A stretch of DNA of 64,000 bases from the human T2T-CHM13v2.0 reference genome, Homo sapiens, in assembly GCF_009914755.1 (NCBI RefSeq), contig NC_060927.1. One strand, written 5' to 3'. Positions within the stretch are counted from its first letter, which is position 1; each line of letters starts with the position of its first letter. The position numbers were made by a program, and so were the translations under genes. Below, piece by piece: positions 28,712 through 47,182 of the stretch. The notes beneath the pieces were generated by a model. That model was not told the origin of the DNA and ran no database searches. It worked only from the letters and a program-made list of their open reading frames with translations.

Positions 28712-29275
28712 CTAACAGTGTATAACAGTTTCCTTTTGCCTGCATCCTGGCCATCATTTATTATTTTTTGTCTTTTTGATAATAACCATTCCAACTAGAG
28801 TAAGATGAGATTTCCTTGTAGCTTTATTTTGTATTTCCCTGATGATTAGTGATGTTGGGCATTTTTTTCATATACCTGTTGACCACCTGTATGTCTTCTT
28901 TTGATAAATGTCTATTTAGATCCTTTGCCCTAATTGCATTATTTGTTTTTTGCTGTTGAGCTGTTTGAGTTCTAGGTATATTCTGATTATTGTTCCTTGT
29001 CAGATGAATAGTTTGAAAATATTTTCTTACGTTATACAGAGTATCTCTTCAACTCTGTTGACTGTTTCCTTAGACATGCAGAAGCTGTTAGTTTATTGTG
29101 GTCATATTTGTTTATTTTTGTTTGTGCTGTCTATACCTTTGAAGTCTTAGTCATAAAATCTTCATCTAGACCAATGTTCTGAAGCATTTCACCTTTATTT
29201 CCTTCTATTAGTTTTATAGTTTTGGGTCTCACATTGAAGTCTTTAATCCATTGTGTTGACTTTTATCCATGGTGA

Positions 29276-29724
<449 letters not shown>

Positions 29725-29853
29725 TAGTTGGCTGTAAAATATGGCATGATTTCTGAGTTCTCTATTCAGTTCCACTGGTTGATGTGTTTGTTTTTATACC
29801 AATACCATGCAGTTTGGTTATAATAGCTTTGCAGTATATTTAAAAATCAGGTA

Positions 29854-30227
<374 letters not shown>

Positions 30228-33199
30228 TCACTAGTGGTTCTATTTAAGTTTTAGCATTTTTTTTCTATGTTTATAAAGAATATCATTGCTATTTTAATAA
30301 GGATTGCATCGAATCTGTAGAGTGCTTTGGGTAGTGTGGTCATTTTAAGAATATTAATACTTCTGATCTATAAACATGGAATATCTTTCCATTTGTTAGT
30401 GCCCACCACTTCAATTTATTTTATAAGTTTTTTTCTAGTTTTCCTTGTAGAGGTCTTTCACCTCCTTGGTTAAATTTATTCCTAGCTATTTCATTTTTTG
30501 TAGCCATTTTAAATGGGATTACTTCCTTTATTTCTTTTTCAGCTACTTTGTTCCTGATGTGTATAAAAACTACCAATTTTGTATGTTGATTTTTTTTTTA
30601 TTTTGCAAAATTACTTAATTTGTGTATCAGTTCTGAGTTTCTTGGTGTAGTCTCCACATTTTTCTTGATATAAGATCATGTTGTCTGCAAAGGGAGACAA
30701 TATGACTTATTTTTTTCCAATTTGGAAGGCTTTCATTATTTTCTCTTGCCTGATTATTCAGGTTAAGAATTCTACAACTATATAGAAAAAGAGTGGTGAA
30801 AGTAGGCTTGTTTGTATTTTTCCAGTTTTTAAAGGAAAGGCTTTTAGCTTTTCCATATTAAGAATAAAGTTACTCTAGTATATTGTTGAAAATCGTGATT
30901 ATCTTTTTTATTTCATTTATCAAATTCTTTAGTCTCAGGATTTGTGGCTGGTTCTTTTTTTATGATAACTATCTCTTTGTTAAACATGTCATTGAGGTCA
31001 TTAACTGAATTTATGATTTGTTTGTATTGCTAATCTGTTTTTATCTTACTGAGCTTCTTTAATATTATTATTTTATTTTTTTCAGGCATTTTATTTGTTT
31101 TTCTTCCACTGGAATCTGTTGCTAGAAAATTATTGTGTTGCTTTGGAAATGTCATGTTTCCTCGCTTCTTTATATTTATTGTGTCCTTGTATTGATATCT
31201 GTGCCTCTGATAATTTCTTCCAATTTTATTCCTTAGTTTTCATAAGGAAATACTTTTTCCTATAGATATATCTATAGTATTGGTTGAGTAGGGCACTTTG
31301 GCTTTGATTCTGGTTGAGTGCAGTAGTGTATTCATGTATGATTTCTTCAGCTGTAATCAGTGTCAGTGGTGCCTTCAAGTTCCTCAGTGGCTTAGACTGC
31401 TGTTGTTAGTGAAGCCTATGGTGAAGCTTTGCTAGAAGTGGCATCACCATGCAGGTTGGTGCTCATGCTTCAGTAGTTACAGCAGTGGACCAACTTTGCT
31501 GCTCCTTGGGCCACCAGATGGTGTATGTAGGCACCAGTGGTAGCAAGTCAGGGCAGGCTGATCCTTGGGCTTTTATGTAGCTTGCTCAGGTAATGGCAGT
31601 AGTAGCAATGGGACAGGTGGATGGACAGTTCTATAAGACCTTGAGTGATATGTGTGGCATTGTCGATGATAATTGTGTCCATAGGCCAAAGCTTTATCCT
31701 CCTGGTGGTATGCACTAGTGCCAATCATAGCAATGGCAAACTGGGTGGGCCAGTCTCCAGGACCCCAAATGATATGTACAGGTGAGTGCCAGCAGTGATG
31801 GTGGCAGCATGCTCAAGAAATCTGTCCTCAGGCTCCAGAGGGAAATGCATTGATGCTGGCAGGGTTGGGCAGGATGAATTAGCCCCCAGACCCCCAGATG
31901 ATGTGTGGGAGCACTGGCAGATTGGATGGGCCCCTCTTCAGACTTCCTGGAAATGTGCACAGTCACCGGTGATGTGGACAGAGCAAGGTGATCCCCAGGC
32001 CCCCATTGGCACATGGGCACTGGCAGGCGCAGCACCAGGTGGGATGGGCCTATCCTCAAACTGACTGATGACGCACATGGATCCATATTGTGGTGGGTAT
32101 GGCAGGTCAGTCTCCAGGCCCCTGAATGGTGTGCTCAGGCACCAGAGACATATTGGCTGAACCTGTTGTCAGGTTTTCTGATAGTTCCTGTGCATCAGTA
32201 GTGACAGGCTAAGGAGGTCCTTAGTTATACTCCTGTTACCTGAAACTGTAGGATTATTTTTATTATGTCCACCATTCCCTGTCAAGGCAAAAGTCTTGCT
32301 AAACATTTTGCTGTGTCACAATATATAAGGATTTTAAAGTAAAAGCCAAACCAAAAAAAAAAAAAAAAAGAGGAACAAACTAACAAAAACTAATACAACT
32401 TCTGAACAATTATATTAAATATTGTCAGGTACTTATTTCCCGTTTGGCACCAAAATGTTGCATGTTGCAATATAGTTTTGAGTATTGAATGCATGCTTAT
32501 TAATGGTAGGTCATCCTCCTGTTCTTGGTTTATTGATTTTTGATATCCACTCATTAGTGTTTATGTCATTGTCCATTTCAGTAATTATCTGATGTTTTAT
32601 TAATACAGATTATGTATTTTTTAAATCTCCAATTATCTATCAATGATGCACAGATTTATTAGGGAGATAGACTTAGTTTTCAGAATTGGACTGGTATCAT
32701 CTACTGATACAAAATATATTTTCCTTTTTTTATGCATCATCTAATTTGGGTTACCAGCTCTTACCCAAGGCACTGGAGAATTAGTCTCCCTCTAATTGCA
32801 CTGGATGATTGGCACCAAGGTTCCAGCAGCCCAGGATACTGCTAAGTAGTGTTTCTTCTTGTCCACCACATCCTGCTTTTATGAATATATGATATTTTCT
32901 GTATTGCTTATTTGTTTTTAGAGATTGTAACATCATGGCTTACTCTCCCACTCTGAATGACAAGTTTTAATTGTGAAGTTATTGGAATCTTCTTTTTTAT
33001 GCATATGCCTATGATGTTATTAAAATTTGCATGTCAAACGTTACTGCTGGCTGAACCTCATTAGTGATCATTTTGCAGGAATCATTGCTTAACATAATTT
33101 CATGCTGAACAGTGAACATATGCAGGACTGAGGTTCATTTCTCAACAATGAGCTACATGCTTTAATCTTCATAATCATATATAATATGCCCTTAGCCAT

Positions 33200-34290
33200 A
33201 CATTTATTAAATATTATTCTCCCTACTTGATGCAATTTTTTTCTATTAGGCACTGGGGAGGATATAAAATTGTATTAAACACTTTGTAAGGACCCTATAA
33301 TAAAATAATGGAAAATATGTGTTCAGAAATTACTATAATTCAAAGGAGCACATGTTATTGTATAGGAGCACTATTATCACTAAGTTCTCTGAAGTTCCAG
33401 GAAAAGACAGGTCATATATTTATGTAGCATACAAACTGGATTGCACTTCAAAAGATAAATGAGATTTTGAGGATCACAGAGAATATTATAAGTGGATACA
33501 ATGGCATTAGTTAGAGCTGGTAAAGCCCAGGAGATGCCCAGAGCAATGGAAGTCATTCATTTAGTTGTAGGGTAGTTTATACATAGGATGACACGAGAGT
33601 GTGTTTCTAAAACAGAAAGGAAGAGGAAAAAGGAACTTCAGTGATTTACTGAGGAATTTTAACTTTTTGAGTAGGCAAAAAATTGGTATAATGTGATGTT
33701 ACATTAGAAAGGTTAATCTGTTGGCTACTGAAAAGGTGGATTATGAGGGGATGTCATGAGAATGGAGCAAGTGAGTCCGAGTTAGGAGAAGGTGTGATAG
33801 TTTAATGGTATTATATTTCTCTCTTTTTTTGTACCTCTAATCTATCTACTGATATCTTACACTTTCATGTATTATCATTTTGAATGTAGTCATTAGAAAA
33901 CCAGACCAAGCAGGTAATAGAAATAAGAAAGGAAAAAAAAAAGGTGTGCAATACTTTGAAAAAAACCCTAAAAATTATTTGAGTTGACAGATTATATGTA
34001 AAATAAAATTTAAAAAAGAATGTTGATTTTGACTTCCACATATTTTGATCTTAGATATCTGGGAGAAGTATGGCAGAAATAGAAAAGTCAGATAAAGTGT
34101 AGTTGGAAGGAAAAAAAATCAGTTAAATTAACACTTAATGAAACTGAGTACCTTAAGATATCTACACCAATTTGTGTAACTAGAATTATGATTAGAATCT
34201 AGGTGATGAGAAGCGTTATTAATAAGACTTGGAAGTCTTCATTATATAGCTTAACATTGAATGTATGAGACTATATTAAATTACTTAGTG
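33200..34290 (-). mobile_element. L2 LINE fragments (approximate)
   Basis: CATACATTTATTAAATAT..TAGGCACTGGGGAGGATATA and downstream purine-rich L2-like tracts. Confidence 0.45.
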
Positions 34291-36282
34291 ACAGACATTT
34301 ACACAAATTTACTCATACATTTTCTCCTAAGCTCCAAATACAAGTCTGCACATTGAAATAATATCTCATTCATTTGAACTACTCAAATAAGAATTTCTGA
34401 TAATTTGAAAGCAGCTATGCCATCTGTAAAATATATAACTTGCCAACTAAAGCCATAGGATAATCAAATTTGTAGATTGAAGAAAGAAATAATAAGCTAC
34501 TCAGGAGAACAAATTGTTTTCAAATATTCAAATTTGTTAGAGGAAAGCAGTCACTAAAAGAAAGAATTGTGTATCTTCTTCAATACATTACAACCTCTCA
34601 GAGGTCAAGAACAAATTTTTATGTAGATATATGTGACATACCAATTGTAATACACTGAGTAAAATATGCATTGGCTGAATAAACGATTTACTATGCTATT
34701 CAAATACTCCTTCCAACATATTCAAAAGAGCAAAAACTGTGAAGTCCATCAGATGTGAATTGGAGCACTGGCTATGGCACTTAGCAGATGTCTGATTTTG
34801 GAAAAAAAATTACTATTAAGCACAGTTATAATAACAGCTATTTCTTGGGTTCATAATGAGTAATAAAATAACACATCTATAAAAGTAATAAAATATGTAA
34901 AATTAAGGCAAAACCCTCTCTTTGATAATGCATACTGATCAAAGCTCACTGTTCCCTTCACTCTATCCTCATTTTACTTCTAAAGAGGATGTAGGTAGCT
35001 ATGTATTGATTGGGTTAAAATATACTGATTAAGTCATAGTGCAATTTAGTGGACCTCTTATTATTCTGAAAAAGGCAGATAAGTTGGTGCCCATATGAGA
35101 ATATTTTCTGACATATTTTCTCTTTTTAATGAGAGTCTGGAGAACATAGTCAGGTTCAGAGGTATTGCTGCTTTGAGATCTGTACCTCCATAAGGTCACC
35201 TGGGATACGGGTTAAGGGCAACTCTAGTCCAGGTATTGGCAGAAAAACATTTCTCTTTTAAGCTACGCTGTTTTGAGTTGGCTTCTTGCTGACTGGACGC
35301 TCTGTTCTATCAGATTTTTTTTTTTTTTTTTTTTTTTTTGCTTTTGTTGAGTTGGTTTCTTATTGACTGAATCATCTTTCTGCACTGCTCATTTCTGCCA
35401 CTGGAATTGCAATAGTTTAGCTGAATATTACTGTTATCTGAGGGAAGAAAGGTTTGTAACAGACTGCTCTGCCAGTTTTAGTTCCAGGCCTGCATCTAGC
35501 CTGAGCAAAAACAGTTATTTTAATTGTTCATATAAGAGACCATATTAGCATTTTTGGCTAGACTTCAAAGTAGTATAAAATTATAAGGAGGTAGAATGGA
35601 GAGGTTACCATGAATTTACTAAGCCAGGAGTTTGAGATTTTTACCTTCCAATCTTTGTATATTTGTATATTCCAATCTATGTATATTTAAATATTCACTG
35701 GTTCTTTTTACAATAAAGTAGTTCATTACTGTAGTTTAGGTAATGATATATATGCAAAACCAAATATTATACCATCCATATCTAGTAGGTATCCATAGTT
35801 TATCTATAATATTTGTACTCCATAAATATTTATTGAGTGTCTTCTCCTTGTAAGTCAAAATGCTCAGAATTTTGAAGAATGCCAAAAGGAATTATATATA
35901 CATTACCTTTATGAAACTTTCAGTGTGATGTGGAAGAAAGGTTATATAAATAATTCAACAAGATAAGGGAGAATAATATTTTAAAATTTGATAATGGTGA
36001 TGACATTAACATAGAATAGGTGCCATAGCTTCCTGATATTTAACATGAAAAATAATTAAGTTGTAAACACAAAGTTTGAGATAAAGCCACTATAAGCAGG
36101 TAGAGATACTTACTAATTACTTGGAAATACAAGGCTAAATTTGCAAGAGAGCAAAGTGTTAGAGAGGAGCAAGATGAAAAGTATATGACATTAAAGACAG
36201 TAAACTAACAAATCTGTGAAAGGAAGAGTAGAAAGTGGATAGGAGCGTAATAAGCATTTCCAATAAACTGTCAGATTATTTA

Positions 36283-36452
36283 GCATTCATTCCTTTAAAA
36301 ATATCTACTGATTCCTTAGCATCCATTTCTATAAAGTATATTTATTCAGCATCTACTATATATCTCAACTACTGTGGGATTCTGCAGTGAACAAAGTAAT
36401 TTAAAAATCTCTATCCACGTGGAGCTTATAGTTTAATAGATGACAGAAAACT
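36283..36452 (-). mobile_element. L2 3' fragment, split by the L1PA insertion (continues ~40695-40820)
   Basis: CATTCATTCC..TTTATTCAGCATCTACTAT..GCAGTGAACAAAG..GGAGCTTATAGT. Confidence 0.65.
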
Positions 36453-36465
36453 AAGCAAATTTTTA

Positions 36466-40687
<4,222 letters not shown>

Positions 40688-40999
40688 ATTTTTAAATATA
40701 CATAATACATTATGTGGAGATAAGAATATTGAATAAAAATGTAGACATGTAATAGGATGGAAGGCATTGAAATTGGAGAAGAGAATTTCTACTTTATATA
40801 GAAGGTTACTGAAAAAAGTCTAAAGCTGGCATGACACTGGAATGACAGGCACATGATGGAGAGTTGCTTTTCCTTTTTCTTTGCTGAACTTAGTCTTGTA
40901 AGTTTTCTCTTTCCTCAATAAAACACATTTCTTAATCCATGAACTGTGATGTGGAATCTGTGTTACTCTCTGTGATAGAAAAGAATATAGCAGATTCTT

Positions 41000-41395
41000 T
41001 GAAAAAGTCTTCAATATTCTCCTCCCTGTATCTATGTATCTTCAAAATGTGATTTTGCAGGTAGTCCCATAAACCTGTGGAGTATTTTCTCCAAATCTTA
41101 ATTCTGAGCTTGCTTTGACCACTAGAATATGGCAAAAGTGGTATTGTGCCAGCTCTGACAATACACCTCAAAAGGCCTAGCACAGTTTGGCTTACTATTT
41201 TAGTACCTTGTTTTTATAAGACCAATCTTGACAAGCCAACCCCAGGAGAGCTAACAGTTTTATTAGAGAAACATCTATGAGCCCAGCCAAGATCAGCAAA
41301 ACTGCCCAACCAAAATTAGACTTATAATTTTTTAAATGGTGTTTGATGTCACAAACTTTGACATAGTTTATTATGTAGCTAAAGATAATTCTTAC
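41000..41395 (+). mobile_element. MLT1 (I/J-like) MaLR LTR
   Basis: TTGCTTTGACCACTAGAATATGGC..GCCTCAAAAGGCCT-like..AGCCCAGCCAAGATCAGCA..TTATGTAGCTAAAGATAA. Confidence 0.6.
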
Positions 41396-41466
41396 TAAGT
41401 GTACATAAAATGCATCTTTGAGCTTTTCATTAAAGCAGGGGAAAAAAAACAGAGCAGCAGCTGGAG

Positions 41467-41655
41467 AAAGATGTGGGACCAAGAGATGATCTTTTACATA
41501 TGTATATATATATAAAATATATATATAAAACATATATATATAATATATATAAAACATATGTTATATATATATAACATTATATAATATATATTATATATAG
41601 ATATAATTTCATAAACAAAGATGTGGGGCCAAGAGATGATTTTTTTATATATATC
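41467..41655. repeat. 24-bp direct repeat flanking a (TA)-rich tract
   Basis: AAAGATGTGGG[A/G]CCAAGAGATGAT at 41467-41490 and 41617-41640. Confidence 0.92.
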
Positions 41656-41794
41656 TCCATTACGTTCAAGTCAATGTTATTATTTGGAATTGATAAGTGT
41701 TTTCTCTGAGCTTATTTTTACGTCTTAACTATAAAATATATCATTCTTTGCTTTGCATTTTAAGATTTTCAAATGCATTCAACCACTGTATTTA

Positions 41795-42165
41795 TAAATA
41801 TTTAATTGATACATAGTAATTTTACATATTTCTGAGGTATATGTGATATTTCAATACATGTGTACAGTGTTTAATAATCAAATCACAGTAACTGGAATAT
41901 CCATCACCTAAAACACATATCATTTCTTTGTATTGGGAACATTCAAATCCTCTTTTCTAGTTATTTTGAAATATACAATAAATTATCACTAACTATAGCC
42001 ACCCAACGGTGCTATGGAACTCTAGCCCTATCCCTTTGCCCCTCTACCCTTCCCATCCTCTGTAACTACTATTCTATTCCCAAAGTCTGTGAGATCAACT
42101 TTTTATCTACCAGATATGAATGAAAACATGTGGTATTTCTCTTTCTGTATCTGGCTTTTTCACTG
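41795..42165 (-). mobile_element. L1MA-type 3' UTR fragment
   Basis: TTTAATTGATACATAGTAATTTTACATATT..ATATCCATCACCTAAAAC..TTTTGAAATATACAATAAATT. Confidence 0.85.
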
Positions 42166-43029
42166 AAAATTCAGCCACTCTATTTTGAATTACTTATTGG
42201 CAAAAATGACAACTTAATTATATTTGAAAATACCTATCCTGGTCCATTGTGCTTACTGAATACTCAGTATCTCATTCCAATTTATTGATTTTTAAATGAA
42301 AATTTAAAATAGCTAGCACTCAATTGTTTTTAGAAGTTTCAAATATGTATTATTAATAATATAATGTAAAATATTAACAAATTCAGGCTTAATAAGGTCA
42401 AGAGAACCAAGTCAAGCAGTCTACAGGGGACAACCTCCTGATGACAAAGAGGAGAGTTGACACATCAATCATCGGGATAGTGAAGTATGAGTGTGGCAAA
42501 TGGAAAACATCAGTACTATTTTAAACAAAGTATCAGCAATTATGATAATATTCCCAAGGTTTTCTTACTGTTGACAAAGCATATTTCATCTCATTTAAAC
42601 ATATACTCACTTCTACAAATACTATTTTTCTACATTTTTGAAATTTTCAGCAGTAATTATATCTTAGATAAAATGAGACTACAGATCTCATCATAATGGA
42701 AAAGAAAAAAATGAGAAATCCAAGCCATTTTCTTCAGCAGAAGACAAGTGGAAACAAATAATAATGCTAAAGAAGAAATATACTTTAGATTAGGCCAGGC
42801 TACTCATTCTCTGTTGTAGGCATGATTGTAATTTACAGACTCTGACATCAGCTCACTTAATATGCAAAGATTATCATTTTGTCCAATTAGTATTGCTTTT
42901 ACATCAAAGCCTGTTTCTGCACCTGCAATAGGACAGCTGAATGTGGCTAAAAAGAACACTGTATAGTGATGACTTTATATTCCATTTTAAATTCCAGACT
43001 GCTAATGCTGAGTGCTGTCATACAGTCTT

Positions 43030-44995
43030 GCCACATTTCTCTGAAGAGTCTTTTAACAATGCATCTCATCACCTTCTAAAATTTTAGTGTTTCCAGGGTT
43101 AATCTTGGTGTCTTTTCTCTTCTCTACTTATGCCTGACCTTTTATTATGCCATTCTGCCTTTTGCCTTTTAATATCCTCTGTTTCTGATGATGTGCATAT
43201 TTTTATATCCAATTAAAATATGTCTCCTAACTACCAAATTATATACGTGTGCTTTGCCTATTTAACATCTTGATCTGTGTGTCTGTTAAATGTCTCACAT
43301 CCAACATGTCCAAACATGTCTCCCAAGACCCACTTTTATCACAATCATCCTTATACTATAAAATGACATATAATCATTCCAGCTCATCAGATACAAAATC
43401 CTTCTTTGTTTTTTTCTATTACATCCTACATCAGCAAATCTGTTGGCTGTCCTTTCAGAATATATTCATAAACTGTCCCGTGTCACTGGCATTCCTACCA
43501 CCATGATTGTAGCCAATATCTGTTTTTTACTAAAGTTATTCCAACTCCCCATAACTTTTTGACATAGTTATAAATTTATAACTGTGTACCTCAGTCCCAA
43601 ATCTACTCTTCAGTACCTGTGCAAATAGTCTAGACTGTTCGGGCATTTCTCCTTCACAGTGAGGACAGTGTAAAGCTTTGTCAATAGAGGATATTGGAGA
43701 GATCTTGTAGGAAGGAGACTTCCCGTCTTGATCCCGGTATACTGTATTTTTTCTTTTTCTTATTTCTATTGCATACTCTGTCAGTGGTGTGAGGTATGTG
43801 GATGTCTAGTGGTAGTCTTTCAACTATGTGCCCAGAATGCTTTCTGACTTTATCGTCATAGCCTGGGCCTGGTGACCACTTTGTTGTTGCTCTTCTGATG
43901 TGCACACTGCATGTTCCAGGCCTTGCACTTACAGTTACCTAACCCTCTTTGCTTACTTCCCATCAGCCTTGTTCCTTTGTATATTAGGTTTTTTTTCTGC
44001 TTGTTCAGTGACTGTAAACCAGTCCTGGTCCTGACAACCCAGATAACTTTTTGGCCATACAGTGAGCTGCAACCTCACCTTTTCCTATGAGGTTTGGCTT
44101 CCATTTGAAAGAAGGGAGCTCCTCTTACAACTGTGCCCTTCCTTAGGTCTGCCCCTTAGCCCTTACCCTTTAGTGTTGTCTTTACCTCACTATGTTCACT
44201 CTCCTATCGTTGATGTAGAGATAATAATTCCTTGTAGTAAATGTCCATAGTTCAAATTACTATGTACTTTCTGTCTCCTCATTGGACTCTGACTGACACT
44301 CTCACTGCTTCTGCTGCTTATTTCCCACAGGCTTTGCACTACACCATGGCCAGACGGATTCTGTTAAAGTTCTGACTTCAGATTAGGTCATTCCTCAGAT
44401 CAAAGTCCTCCAACAGGTTCTTATGTCACTTAGGGTAAAAGCCAAAAAGGCGTTTACTATTTGGCCATATGCTAACCATGTGACACTATACTGTACCTTT
44501 GTTCTCTCTGGTACGCTGACTTCCTTGCCCTCCCTTGAAAAACATACCAAGATGCTTTCTTCTCAAGGCCATTGACTTTTCTATTTGCTTGTCTTTGAAC
44601 ACCTTTTGTCCAGATGTCCACATGTCTCAGTACACAGTAACTGCTATTTTTATATAGAGTTAATTGTTTATATAGAGTTAATTCTTTCTTTTAGTTTTCT
44701 TCTCAATGTTACCTTACTGAGGGTCTTTTCTTGGACACTCTATATAAAATAGCAGTTACTAATGTTCCCTCCATCCTGCACCATCCCAGCACTCCTGATC
44801 TCTCTAAACTCCTCTATTTTCTCCCTGGTACTTAGCCCTGCATTGTTTTTAAATATAAGTTATTATTCTTTTATTGTCAGTCATCAACTACAATGCAAGA
44901 TACAGATTTTGATTTCTCTATTACTATGTTTTCAGGACCTAAACAATTTCTGTTACACAGTAGGTGCCCAATATACATTTTTTGAATGAGTAAAT
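43030..44995 (+). mobile_element. L2 LINE 3' portion, interrupted by an ERVL-type LTR
   Basis: CTCACATCCAACATGTCCAAAC and CATCAGCAAATCTGTTGGCTGTCCTTTCAGAATATAT, with terminal GTAGGTGCCCAATATACATTTTTTGAATGAG. Confidence 0.7.
43618..44298 (+). mobile_element. ERVL-type LTR (LTR33/LTR41-like, family uncertain)
   Basis: Ends TTCAAATTACTATGTACTTTCTGTCTCCTCATTGGACTCTGACTGACA, a typical old ERVL LTR terminus. It interrupts the L2. Confidence 0.55.
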
Positions 44996-45549
44996 TTATT
45001 TTGAAGATTATTAATTTTTTGCACAATTTCAGAAGAATACAGACATAAACACTTATTTTTGCTCTTACCACGATAGAATCTGACTTGTTTTTAGTCAAAG
45101 ACAATATCCTACCATGTGCTTCTCTCTGGCATCAAGCAAGGTGGAACTACAGATGTTTTAAAACAATTTTGTATTAAATTTAGTTGCAATTGGTATGAAA
45201 TGATAGCCTTAGAAACTTATCTTTCACATAATTCCATTTTCAAATAGGCTGCTGCAGATACCCTTTGCCTAATAGATTTACAATATCTCTTTTTATTTCC
45301 ATTGAAGTGGTGGTTTGTGACATATTTCTCTGAAAAAAAAATTAGATAATGCCTGTGCTTTAACAATCTTCTAACTAATGTTTAGGTTACAGGAATAAAC
45401 CAATGTTAAGTCCACATGATATAGTGTCCATCTGCTCATGTTCATGAATTCTTGTGTTCTGAACTTAACTCTTGGTTATTTTGCTTCTTTCCAAGATTAT
45501 AAAGCAAGTCATAATTTCTCTTTCCAAAGTTAAAGGAAAGACACGGAGA

Positions 45550-45655
45550 ATTATGTTAGTAGCAGGAGTGTGTATATACATATATACACACACACATATA
45601 TATGTGTACACACACACATACATACACACATACACACTCCTGCTACTAACATAAT
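45550..45655. repeat. Perfect 26-bp inverted repeat enclosing a 54-bp TA/CA microsatellite
   Basis: ATTATGTTAGTAGCAGGAGTGTGTAT (45550-45575) and ATACACACTCCTGCTACTAACATAAT (45630-45655) are exact reverse complements. Confidence 0.97.
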
Positions 45656-47182
45656 ACATATATACATAATACATATGTACTAACATAATACATATGTACA
45701 TAATACATATATATCTGTAAATTTTTAGCTATGTTTTTCTTCTCAAAAAAAAAACCCTATATGGCTTCTCCAAAGAGAATTATGATTTTCTGCTAAAAGG
45801 TATGAAACACATTAGGAATGAGTTTTTTCTTTCATTATTAAGAAATATTTCTAAGACATCTGAATGACCTGATTCCAAAGGTTATTGTTCCTACTGGTGA
45901 CTCCATTTCAAACAGATTAAGATACAAGAAGGTTGCTACAGACAGCGATAACTGCATAAAGGGGGAACAGTAGTTCTGGATAATAGAAGAACTAAAAAAC
46001 AAGCTCCTGAATGTTTCTTTAAGCAATAATTTTTTTTTCTCCTCCAGAATCAAATAGTTCGGATAATTCCAGGCACCAAAGAAATAGTAACTTGACTGAT
46101 AACACAGGGAAATCCCTCCATTTGAGAAAATAAGCAATAGTCATTACCCTTGATGGAAACTCTTGTTATTCTAGATTATATGCAGTTTTGACACTGCAAG
46201 TAACAAGACAGACAATTTTGGAAAATGTACCAATACAAAAATCAATTTGGTATTGAGCTATCTTAGAGCTAGAGCTGTTAGATATGTTGTCTAGTCCTAT
46301 GGTGGCAAAAAATATATCATTCCAACATTTACCATTAAAATAAGATGCTTCTATGACATGTGCCAGTTGGGAAAATTTCAGGGAATGAAAAAAATTGCAG
46401 TGGCATAGCTTTAATTGATTGGGGTTCTGAAAAGTCAGACTCCACAAAAATGAGTCTTTTTTACTTCCAAATTCAATTCATTTATATAGACAAATATATC
46501 ATTTTTGTGACATATTCATCAGCAAATGATAACTGTATGCATTTTGATTAAATATAACAAGTTTCTGTATATATGGGGTAAAATGCAAAATTAATTTATA
46601 GCTATTCAGAAAGTTCATAACTGATGCATGCTCAATGTTAACCAAAATTATAGAGAAAAAAATTGTCTAATTTGTAACTGAAGTAGCATACATTGCTTGG
46701 TGAGACTGAAGGGCATTCAATGGCAATTCAGGATAGGTTGATTGGCACTAAGAATTATTGCAAGTATATAATGATAAAAAACTTCCCTGATGAAATAAGC
46801 AGATGATATATAGTGTCTAACAAGACAATAGTACATGTAATTGGATAACATACTGTGTTTCCTGTTGTAGATTAGGTGAGCAGGCACAAAAGGGTTACTG
46901 TCTTCACATCAAAATTGAATTTCAGCTACAAATTGTTAAGTGGATTAATGCTGGATTAAAAATAAAGAGAAGCATTTGTTTAAAACAGCCCTATAAAAGG
47001 AATAGGTAAAAATATTATAATTATTGGCAAGTCATTCTACCAAGTGAAGAATTAAAAAATGGCCTTCTTTGGGAAACACTATTCTACTACTTCCTGAAAT
47101 TAACTAGTCCAAATGCATTATTAGCATCTGGAGGAATATATGTAACACTGCATTTTATAATAAAACACTACTGATGTATTTA

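Noticed and set aside
31430-32210. Degenerate ~55-60-bp repeats as a CRISPR-like array
   Set aside because: Units are diverged along their whole length with no constant repeat/unique spacer pattern. The context is a eukaryotic L1 5' region.
35315-35339. Isolated T25 tract as the tail of a processed pseudogene
   Set aside because: No TSD, no canonical polyadenylation signal and no recognisable mRNA next to it.
44649-44683. 17-bp tandem duplication (similar ones near 14190 and 35650)
   Set aside because: Ordinary slippage duplications with no further structure.
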